Virus record (IMG/VR): IMGVR_UViG_3300044959_000237
Coordinates: 1 to 64,000 of that record
Source of the DNA: a virus
Length of the DNA stretch: 64,000 nt
Direction: 5' to 3' (one strand)
The notes beneath the pieces are model-generated. The model worked only from the letters and a program-made list of their open reading frames with translations, had not been told where the DNA came from and searched no databases. Made by a program: the position numbers and the translations under genes. Below are positions 48,681 to 56,831 of the stretch, piece after piece (positions within the stretch are counted from its first letter, which is position 1; every line of letters begins with the position of its first letter).

Positions 48681-49717
48681 TTTTCTCTCAATGAATTATA
48701 AATGATCTTGCTTTTTATGTAATTTTTACTTTTGTTTTCCAAGAGAGAATATATTGTATACAATTTTCCATATTTTTTTACGGCATCGGCACAATCCTTG
48801 ATATCTGGTTCCCATATTGGATTATTATTGTAATGAATATAAGGAACAACACTTATCCACCAATTGTTTTCTTCTGCAACTTCGATAAAATTCGTAACAG
48901 TTTTCAATCTGTCAGGAACTACGATATATTCTTTGTCGAATTTTTTCAATAATTCGATTTGTTCTTTATTTATCTTGCTTCCACAAACAGCTATGCCATT
49001 TACGGAAATTGCATCGAAAGGACCTTCGACAATAAAAACATATTCCTGATCGGAAAAAAGAATATCATAATTGAAAAACAAGTTTTTTGGTCTTTTCATG
49101 AAATATTTCTGTTTTTTTGTCGAATCGATGTATCTTGCAGTAAAACCGACAATTTCTCCATTCTTGAAAAAGGGTAAAATCAAGGATCGAGTAAATTTCA
49201 CATAAGGTGTCCAATAATATTCGTAAGAATTCAATAAATGTTCTCCTCTTTCAATCAGATATTTGCACGTATCGATGAAATTTCTGTTTTCACAATTCAA
49301 ATTCAACCATTTTTCAATGGTCTTGGATTCCTTTGGCAGTTCGAATTTCTCTTCTTTCAAAGTCAAGGAAAATTCAATTTTGGAATTATTTCTTGTTTCA
49401 CTGTTATTTTCCGTAATCGAATATCTTAGTATTTCAAAGGATATTCTTTTGATATCATCGACATTCAAACCTAATAATACGAGAAATTCTTCGTGTTTCG
49501 AATTGAGGGGCGAATAAGGTTTCCAATAGAATGTTATTTTACAACGAAAACAATGATATTTTATTTCTCCATTGTAATTTACGATGTAAGATGCACTTTT
49601 CTTTTTATCCGGTTTTGTTTCTCCTCGATAAACACAAAAAGGACAATTGATTCTTTTCCAATTGTCCGTGTACATCAAATTTGGTATGTTTTTCAACAGA
49701 ACATCATGTAGTATCAT
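48677..49717 (-). CDS. DNA primase (T4 gp61-like; Zn ribbon + TOPRIM)
   Basis: CPFC...HCFRC, GFTARY and IVEGPFDA; adjacent to the helicase. Confidence 0.88.
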   Translation of the reverse strand: MILHDVLLKNIPNLMYTDNWKRINCPFCVYRGETKPDKKKSASYIVNYNGEIKYHCFRCKITFYWKPYSPLNSKHEEFLVLLGLNVDDIKRISFEILRYSITENNSETRNNSKIEFSLTLKEEKFELPKESKTIEKWLNLNCENRNFIDTCKYLIERGEHLLNSYEYYWTPYVKFTRSLILPFFKNGEIVGFTARYIDSTKKQKYFMKRPKNLFFNYDILFSDQEYVFIVEGPFDAISVNGIAVCGSKINKEQIELLKKFDKEYIVVPDRLKTVTNFIEVAEENNWWISVVPYIHYNNNPIWEPDIKDCADAVKKYGKLYTIYSLLENKSKNYIKSKIIYNSLREN

Positions 49718-49906
49718 ATCATTTTCGAATTTTTGATTTTCGGAATGGAATGAAACAGGTCGAAGCAGAATTCTTTATCACAAAATCATTTTACTGTTTT
49801 TCGGAAAAAAATTCAAATATTATGAAATTTACGCATGATAGGTAAAAAAGTTGTCGAACAATCGAAAATTGAAATTTTACAAGAAAAATTTTTTCGAACG
49901 AAAAAA

Positions 49907-50734
49907 TCAAACAACTATAATTTTCTTAATTTTACCGGAATTGTTCACGTCCGGTTTGAAAATCAAACGGAACCAATTGAAATTTCCATAGAAATTGAAA
50001 GCATCGATTCCAGTGAAAGAGTTGTATATTTTCTCTGTATTTGTTCCTGATATCAAAAGTTCGTCCCATAGAGACGGGACGTTCATGTTCGAAGGAACTT
50101 CGACCTCCAAAGTAGATTCTGCTTTGAAAATTCCACTGAAATTATCGAAATAAATTGCTACTGTTGTCAAATTTTTCGATGCGGATCTCTGAATGGTGCC
50201 TCTTATTGCTCCTGTAGTTAACCATGTTTCCGGAATATGGGAACTGTTCATTCTGGTAAACGGAGTCAACTCGTCTATGACAATCGAATTTATCGGTTTC
50301 AAATCTATATTGTCATTGATTTGTAAATAACCCCATGAAATTCCGGAATAATCATTTGCCAATGGTATCTCTTCGCCTGTAACATCATCGATCATTGTAA
50401 CCGCATATTTCAAGGTAGAAGCATTGATATTGAACAAATCACGAGGATCGATTTTGAGTTTATATCTTCCTCTCGAAGAATCGACAACTTCAAGAGGTTT
50501 CGAAAACAGAAATTCTCCGGTTATCAGATCGAAAAATTTGGCTTCCAAAAATTTGTTCGTTTCAATTTTGACGGGTCTTCTGTCAATATCTTTTATACTG
50601 AATTCGATTATGTTATCATAACCTTTGTAAATTATGGTGTCAGAATCACCCCAATTGAAATTCATTTTATCTCTCCCGATTTTTCCAAGAGTAAGCTTTA
50701 TTATTTGTCTGTTTAAATATAGAAATTTTTTCAT
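49907..50734 (-). CDS. Probable virion structural protein
   Basis: Beta-rich, IYKGYDNIIEF-x-IKD-x-DRRPV; ATAAATA at 50784-50778. Confidence 0.65.
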   Translation of the reverse strand: MKKFLYLNRQIIKLTLGKIGRDKMNFNWGDSDTIIYKGYDNIIEFSIKDIDRRPVKIETNKFLEAKFFDLITGEFLFSKPLEVVDSSRGRYKLKIDPRDLFNINASTLKYAVTMIDDVTGEEIPLANDYSGISWGYLQINDNIDLKPINSIVIDELTPFTRMNSSHIPETWLTTGAIRGTIQRSASKNLTTVAIYFDNFSGIFKAESTLEVEVPSNMNVPSLWDELLISGTNTEKIYNSFTGIDAFNFYGNFNWFRLIFKPDVNNSGKIKKIIVV

Positions 50735-50816
50735 ATTTTTTCAACTTTGTCATTAAATAATTGTAAATAGTTTCAAGTATTTATTTCTGCCAATAAGGAA
50801 AAAGGGCCGGAATGCA

Positions 50817-51221
50817 ATGATCGAGGAGGAAAAATATAAAAAGTTCAGAGAAATTTTGTGTGAAGATGATTATAATAAATTTTTGATGTTGAGAAAAAAA
50901 TTTTCATATCTTTCGTTTTTGATCTACAATGATGATTTGTACTATGGTATTATTCAAAAATCCACAAAAGAGTTTTTGAGTATTTATCTGTACACAGAAA
51001 TCAAAGATCATAAAGCAAGAATTTTATTCTTGAAAATAGGAGAGAATTGGTGGTGGGAAAGTAACAGAAAATTTCCCATAAATTTTTTTTACACAAAATG
51101 GGATCTACTTTTTCGAAAAACACTGAAAAATTTTTCATGGAATGGAATAGTTTGTTACGATGGACCTCTTTTCTACATCGAGCAAATCAAAACAAAATCC
51201 AAAATAATATCCTTGTATTAA
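50817..51221 (+). CDS. Hypothetical protein
   Basis: 134 aa with GENWWWESNRKFPIN motif. Confidence 0.7.
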   Translation: MIEEEKYKKFREILCEDDYNKFLMLRKKFSYLSFLIYNDDLYYGIIQKSTKEFLSIYLYTEIKDHKARILFLKIGENWWWESNRKFPINFFYTKWDLLFRKTLKNFSWNGIVCYDGPLFYIEQIKTKSKIISLY

Positions 51222-51805
51222 TTTTTTTCTTTCAGTGAAAGAAGATTCATTTTAACGACAATCATCAATGCATAGGCATATGCGTGACTTTTCTTGAAGA
51301 AATAAGCATTTTCATTTTTTGATTTTTTCCATACCTCTTTCATTGCCATGTCTTTTGGTTTTTTTCTGAGATAGCTTTTTCCGGGACGAATTATGGCCAA
51401 AAATGCTGCCAATTCGTGAATATTACCGACCTGAAATTTTTGAAGATCGTCATAATAATTGTGAATATGTGGTAATTGTTGCACAATATCTTTTCTTTTC
51501 AAAAGATTCCAATCAGGAGTCATATTCAGCAAATAATCGAGTTCTTCTGGAGTTTCAATGTCAAAATAAGAATAATTGTTCAGAATATCTATTTTGTAAA
51601 AACCAAATTTTTCAGCTTTTTCATAGGAAATAGATGACAAATCTGTTTCTGGATCGACTGGAATATCTTGCAAATAAATTCCGGAAGGATGTTTCGATAC
51701 ATTGTTTTTCTTGATTACAGAAGCGTTTATGTAATTGTTCAATTTTTCGAGAAGATCGTTACGATCTTTGATATCGATATCGATATCCATTTCAGTTATC
51801 CACAA
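51218..51805 (-). CDS. Miniature DNA polymerase III alpha (DnaE)-like catalytic domain
   Basis: Motifs DIDID, KHPSGIY, KIDILN, LAIIRPG and FKKSHAYAYA in ~190 aa. Confidence 0.85.
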   Translation of the reverse strand: MWITEMDIDIDIKDRNDLLEKLNNYINASVIKKNNVSKHPSGIYLQDIPVDPETDLSSISYEKAEKFGFYKIDILNNYSYFDIETPEELDYLLNMTPDWNLLKRKDIVQQLPHIHNYYDDLQKFQVGNIHELAAFLAIIRPGKSYLRKKPKDMAMKEVWKKSKNENAYFFKKSHAYAYALMIVVKMNLLSLKEKN

Positions 51806-52193
51806 AAGTACAATGTGATGAAATACTGCATGAAAAGTAGTTATCGTATTTGTTTATTACTACTGATAAAGGATGAATTCCTGTTGTCATTTCATAGGAG
51901 ACCGCAAACAAGGCACAGAAAAATACAAAAGTTTTTGTAATTTCATTATCGAAATTCCGTCTTTTTTCATTACTATCCAGTTGCATATACATGTTGGCGT
52001 AAGATACCACAAATTGCAAGATCTTTTTTGGATCTTTTTCATCGAAAACTCTTTTTTTGATTTCAGAATCCATATGAGCAAATTTGTTTTTCATTTCTTC
52101 CATGAAATTCAAGATCGATTTTTTTTCTTCACTGTTCAAACTTATTACATATTCCGAATTACTATCGAGATCGTTGAGGTAATATGATATCAT
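51792..52193 (-). CDS. Hypothetical protein
   Basis: 133 aa with GGGAG RBS. Confidence 0.6.
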   Translation of the reverse strand: MISYYLNDLDSNSEYVISLNSEEKKSILNFMEEMKNKFAHMDSEIKKRVFDEKDPKKILQFVVSYANMYMQLDSNEKRRNFDNEITKTFVFFCALFAVSYEMTTGIHPLSVVINKYDNYFSCSISSHCTFVDN

Positions 52194-52220
52194 TTTATTT
52201 TTTCTCCCTTTCGAAAGTTT

Positions 52221-52478
52221 TTATTGAATCCATTTTGTTTTCTCTTCCAAATTCTGAATTTTTCTCTGCATTTCTCTTTCCTTTCTTTTCATGACAAAAA
52301 TTTCCGAATCCATTCTTTTTATTTTTCTATCTTGCATGTCCAAAATTCTTTTCATTTCATTCAATTGTTTTTTCAGATTTTCAATTTCATGATTGTCGTT
52401 TTTGACGAAATTATGTTTCTGTTTTTCTCTGTCTTTTATTTCTTGAATTTTCGTTTTATATTGATTTTTGTCACTCAT
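52221..52478 (-). CDS. Coiled-coil hypothetical protein
   Basis: 85 aa, heptad-rich; AGGAG RBS. Confidence 0.6.
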   Translation of the reverse strand: MSDKNQYKTKIQEIKDREKQKHNFVKNDNHEIENLKKQLNEMKRILDMQDRKIKRMDSEIFVMKRKEREMQRKIQNLEEKTKWIQ

Positions 52479-53253
52479 CGATTTCTCCTAAAAATTTCGA
52501 AACATGATCTTCGATGATTTTCTTGTTGAAATTGGCTTTCAATTTGATTTTCTCGAACATGAATTTTCCTATTTGTTTCTTGAACAAATTCAATGTTTCT
52601 TCATTTTGTTCCTGTAGAAACTTTTTTCCTTCCAACGTACCGAACATGACAACAGGACTGATTTTTTTGGATATTATATGTTGCAGTATTACATAATATG
52701 GAGAGTCGAAGTATATTTCGATAATATTTTTGTCAATTTTTCCTTTTTTGAAATTACTGGTTTTTTCGACAAAGGTCTTGATGAATTTCAACGAATAATT
52801 CAACTCTTCTTCCAAATTGTTTTTATAATAATGAATTTTCATGAATTTTTCAATATTGTTTCTTTTTTTCCAAAAACGAAAATTGATCTTTTTATCGAGA
52901 CAATAGATAACATATTTTTTCTTTACGTTTTTTATATTGTCATTTTCTGGTAAAATTTCATTCAACCATTTGTTCAAATCTTCGAAAAAATGAAAGAGTT
53001 GACTTTTGGCATATTTGTCTATGGTGATTTTATTTTTTGTCAATTGATTTTTATATTCTTTTACCGTAACGAACAAATCGTAACCTGTACCATTTTTTTC
53101 ATTGTAATGTATATTTTCTATGACTTTTCTGACTTTGCATTTTTCATTGACATGATTTATCAATGATTTTTCGTAGAAGAATTCCTTTTTGCACATGAAA
53201 CAAACAAATTTTTTTCTTTTTCGACTTTCGACCTGTTTCACATCTTTTTTCAT
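52471..53253 (-). CDS. Protein with N-terminal C2H2/C2HC-like zinc finger
   Basis: FVCFMCKKEF-x6-NH-x4-C; ATG 53253 after GGGAGG. Confidence 0.7.
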   Translation of the reverse strand: MKKDVKQVESRKRKKFVCFMCKKEFFYEKSLINHVNEKCKVRKVIENIHYNEKNGTGYDLFVTVKEYKNQLTKNKITIDKYAKSQLFHFFEDLNKWLNEILPENDNIKNVKKKYVIYCLDKKINFRFWKKRNNIEKFMKIHYYKNNLEEELNYSLKFIKTFVEKTSNFKKGKIDKNIIEIYFDSPYYVILQHIISKKISPVVMFGTLEGKKFLQEQNEETLNLFKKQIGKFMFEKIKLKANFNKKIIEDHVSKFLGEIDE

Positions 53254-53303
53254 GAATCCTCCCACAAGAAAATCTTCGATTTCAGTTACGGGAGAAATTG
53301 TAA

Positions 53304-53639
53304 ACAGAAGCCGGTTGAATTTGGTCTCGTCGTCTTGTATATGCCAGAAATCTGCAATTGAATGTATAACTTCTGTCCATTCGACAATTTATGGAGGCTG
53401 ATTTTCTTTTTGAGAAAACCTGCCATATGACAGATTCTCCATTTCGAACGTTCGATTGAATTGCCTCTTTCGAAATTCAGATTCATCGTTTTTCCTTATG
53501 ATTGGCTGACATCGTTATCGGGCCGCGTTGTTCGTTCACTCAAGTCTTTTCATTCTTTTCAGAATGCTTGAAATTTCTATTTGGCAAGATTGTACTTCTT
53601 GCAATCTCTCGATTTCTGGAGAAGGTAATTGGCTTCCGT
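53304..53639 (-). ncRNA. Candidate structured ncRNA of unknown class
   Basis: Two nested 9-bp long-range stems and several hairpins. G.U pairs and a GAAA tetraloop occur only on the minus strand. Confidence 0.55.
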
Positions 53640-53640
53640 A

Positions 53641-54333
53641 TCAAGCATTTTCTTGTTCTATGTATTCTTCTATCATTTTTCTCAATTCTACGCTGTTTTT
53701 CAAAATTTTTTCAAGAATGCTTTTTTCTTCCTTTTTCAACTCTGGAAATTTGTTTTCAATGAAATAATTTATTTTGTCTTCCTTGTTCATTTTTCTTTTT
53801 GTTTTTTTGGAGAAAATTGGCAAAAATTTTTCTTCTCCAGTCATATATTCATTGAATTTCAATGCTATTGTATACGACACAATACAAAAAAGTTTGTACT
53901 GTATTTTTGGAAAATTCACCAGTGCCCAAAAATTTCTATTTACTATATCATTGACAACATACACATAAGCTGAAGTAACTTTTTCTATATTGTCAATCGT
54001 TGTGGGCCATTTACCTTTGCCATCACCTTTTTTTCTTCCTTGTTTTTTTGCTTCCTCGAAATTTATTGTTTCTTTGATACACGAGGAGATGTTTTTCAAA
54101 ATCAAAAATGAATTTTTCTTCCAAAACTCAGCTAATTCCTGTTCTCCAATTTCTTTTTCCAGTTCTTCATAAAAGTTCGTTTGAAAAAGTCGAATGTTTT
54201 CGAGAATATCATTGAACAATTTCCAATGATTTTTTTTCTCGTTCTTTGTATTTATTTCTGTATTTATTTCTTCTTCAGCAAATTCTTGCCAGTTTTCGAA
54301 CAGTTGATTCATGTTTTTTTCCTTTATCCACAT
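53641..54333 (-). CDS. Hypothetical protein, possibly clamp-loader small subunit (gp62)-like
   Basis: VNDIVNRNFW...PKIQYKLF pattern, within the replication gene block. Confidence 0.5.
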   Translation of the reverse strand: MWIKEKNMNQLFENWQEFAEEEINTEINTKNEKKNHWKLFNDILENIRLFQTNFYEELEKEIGEQELAEFWKKNSFLILKNISSCIKETINFEEAKKQGRKKGDGKGKWPTTIDNIEKVTSAYVYVVNDIVNRNFWALVNFPKIQYKLFCIVSYTIALKFNEYMTGEEKFLPIFSKKTKRKMNKEDKINYFIENKFPELKKEEKSILEKILKNSVELRKMIEEYIEQENA

Positions 54334-54406
54334 TATAGAAAAAAATTTTTATCAATCAAATAAATAAATATGAATGGTAATTCAACAATCAAAGGGAATT
54401 CAAATA

Positions 54407-54754
54407 ATGGGAAGACCACTGAATAAAAGATTTTTTGGAAATCCTACGACAAAACCTGGTTTGCAAATAAAAGTATCTGCAGATTTGGGATCAGGAAAAG
54501 TTCCCGCTTGGATCGTAGAACAGGTCGGAACGAGACAATTTATTGTCACTGATGGCACCACGACAACAAGATGTTTTCTTGTTCAAAACGTTACTCAGCC
54601 CGGCGAAGCCGTGGTAAGAGTATATTTGAGTGGTGGTGTTGTGGAAACTGCAAGAACGATACAGGCACGTAGAGTCAAAACTTTCGAAGGTTCCGATGTG
54701 GTTTGGTCGTTCGATCCTCCTGCCAACGATAAAGCTCAAATACTCGGAGCCTGA
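54407..54754 (+). CDS. Virion structural protein (MGRPLNKRFFG-type)
   Basis: ATAAATA at 54364-54370 and AGGGA RBS; beta-rich. Confidence 0.7.
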   Translation: MGRPLNKRFFGNPTTKPGLQIKVSADLGSGKVPAWIVEQVGTRQFIVTDGTTTTRCFLVQNVTQPGEAVVRVYLSGGVVETARTIQARRVKTFEGSDVVWSFDPPANDKAQILGA

Positions 54755-54765
54755 AATATCATTTT

Positions 54766-55284
54766 TCATAACAAATTGCTTACACATATTTCTACATTCG
54801 TTTTATTCTGTTCTGTTGATACTATTATACATTCCGGATTATCCTCTTTCGAAAGAGGATATATCAGGTAATGATTGTTTTTTACTTTTGGATTGAGCCA
54901 TTCTATGTTTGGATATATATTGGATACTCTCAAGGAATGCCATTTTGGAATATAGCTGGTTATTGGATTTATTGAAATACAGGTATGATCACTTGACATG
55001 AGATCTTGTATACTTATAAATTCCAAATTTTCGTAATGAATCTTGTCACCGCACAAAATATGCCAACTTATTGGTAGTTTGATCACATATTTTTCTTTTA
55101 TTATTAATTCGGCAAGAGTGGTTGTTTTTTTCTCTATGAATTTCAATGGAAAACATTTGAAATCGACATTTTCTTCTTCAAAATCGAGAACAAAAAACAT
55201 CAATTTTTGATTCGGATCGAAATTGTACAAAAATGTCAAATCCGATAAATTTATGGATTTATTGTATTCGTTCAATATGAACAT
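54766..55284 (-). CDS. Hypothetical protein downstream of uvsW
   Basis: 172 aa; GGAG RBS. Confidence 0.7.
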   Translation of the reverse strand: MFILNEYNKSINLSDLTFLYNFDPNQKLMFFVLDFEEENVDFKCFPLKFIEKKTTTLAELIIKEKYVIKLPISWHILCGDKIHYENLEFISIQDLMSSDHTCISINPITSYIPKWHSLRVSNIYPNIEWLNPKVKNNHYLIYPLSKEDNPECIIVSTEQNKTNVEICVSNLL

Positions 55285-55295
55285 TTTTATTACTC

Positions 55296-56816
55296 CTATA
55301 TTTTATTGTATGTAAAAGGATAATTTGCTTTTTTGTAAATTGCTTTTCTCATCGAGACATGTCTTTTGCTTCTTTTGGTAGAACCACAAATATCATATAT
55401 TATGACATGATTTTTTTCCTGTGTTTTTCTCAAACCTCTTCCTATGCTCTGTAATACTCTTATTATGCTTTTTCCTGCTTCGATCAGAACAATATTGTAT
55501 ATTTTTGGAATATTGATTCCTACCGATGCAACTCCATAAGTTGCAATCAGTACAACATTGTCTTTTTCTTTTATCATGTTGAATTTTTCAATTTTTTCTT
55601 TCATTTTTACCGAACCTGTAACAACATGGCTGTTTTTTGTCATTTCGCCAAGTTTTCTTGCTGTTTTTACAAAATCGACCAAAACCAGAGTATTACCATC
55701 ATTCGATATTTCATTTATCAGATTCGAAATAATTTCAAGTCTTCTCGAATCGTTCAAAAGATAATTCTTTTCTTCCTGATAAGTTTCGAAATTTTTCTTG
55801 TCATCGGATATTTCTATAATGTGAACATCACAACTACTCAGAATACCTTTGTTTTGCAAATCATTTGCGGACATGAAATTTATCGGAGGACCGATCAACG
55901 ATTTTATTGCATAGAAAAGATAATTTTCTTCTGGAAGTGTAGCGGTGAGTCCCCAACGAATTGGAACATTTTTGTACATGTTTCCCAATATTTTTTTGAG
56001 AGAAGGTGCTTTTGCAATGTGACATTCGTCAACTATCACTGCAACCATGTTCTTTGTAATTTTTTCATATATATCTTCTTCTTCTTTTTTACTTTTTCGA
56101 ATTTTTTCAAGTGATTGCCATGTTGCTATTATATGTTTGTTTTCAGTATCCTTTTGATCACCGAAAAATACACCAACATCCAGACCAATATTTTTGTAAT
56201 CTTCGTAAGTTTGTTTGACCAAGGTTTTGCTCGGAACTATCGTGATCGTTCTTCCTTCTTTTTCTACTATTTTTGCCAAAACTGCAGTAATGATGGTTTT
56301 GCCTGCTCCGGTAGCTACTTCCTGAACAGCGTGTCTTCTTTGCAAGAAATAGTTTACAACTTCGACTTGGTAATCTCTCAAGATAATATCTTTTCCTGCC
56401 AAATGATGTGTTTCTGGCCATTTTATATTCTGATTTTTCAAATAATTTTCATCTATCGCATCGAAAGTATAAATTTGTTTGTTTTGTCTTCTGTCTTCTT
56501 TTTGTATTTTGTATTTGAATTCATCCAGAACTTCCAGTATTTCTTTCAACAAATGAAAATAACTTTTTCCGTTCAAATCGAAGTAGGAAATTTTTCCGTT
56601 CCATCGTCCTATTTTATAGGAAGGAAGATATTTTGCAGAAGGATCATAGAAACTCATTTTTTTGTTCAGACTCGAAAGAATATGGGTCTCGACGTTTTCA
56701 AGTTTTATGTTGACTTCATCGAGTATTATCAATTTGCAAATCTTTTCATCTTTTCTAAGTTTTCTGATATCCGGTTTGTTTTTTGTTTCGACTTTTTTCA
56801 TATTGAATTTTTCCAT
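55296..56816 (-). CDS. uvsW: SF2 DNA helicase UvsW
   Basis: Motifs LRDYQ, ATGAGKT, VDECH, GLTAT, GINIP and QSIGRGLR. Confidence 0.92.
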   Translation of the reverse strand: MEKFNMKKVETKNKPDIRKLRKDEKICKLIILDEVNIKLENVETHILSSLNKKMSFYDPSAKYLPSYKIGRWNGKISYFDLNGKSYFHLLKEILEVLDEFKYKIQKEDRRQNKQIYTFDAIDENYLKNQNIKWPETHHLAGKDIILRDYQVEVVNYFLQRRHAVQEVATGAGKTIITAVLAKIVEKEGRTITIVPSKTLVKQTYEDYKNIGLDVGVFFGDQKDTENKHIIATWQSLEKIRKSKKEEEDIYEKITKNMVAVIVDECHIAKAPSLKKILGNMYKNVPIRWGLTATLPEENYLFYAIKSLIGPPINFMSANDLQNKGILSSCDVHIIEISDDKKNFETYQEEKNYLLNDSRRLEIISNLINEISNDGNTLVLVDFVKTARKLGEMTKNSHVVTGSVKMKEKIEKFNMIKEKDNVVLIATYGVASVGINIPKIYNIVLIEAGKSIIRVLQSIGRGLRKTQEKNHVIIYDICGSTKRSKRHVSMRKAIYKKANYPFTYNKI

Positions 56817-56831
56817 TTCACATTTTTTCGA

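Noticed and set aside
53286-53486. 66-aa ORF inside the structured region
   Set aside because: It has no recognisable motif and the region is better explained by base pairing. It is not fully excluded, because an AAGGA precedes the ATG.
53304-53639. RNase P RNA or group I/II intron identity for the structured region
   Set aside because: AACCGGCTT resembles the RNase P 3' motif, but GAGGAAAGTCC is absent. No P7 (GACTA/TAGTC) or domain V motif was found, and the flanking genes look complete.
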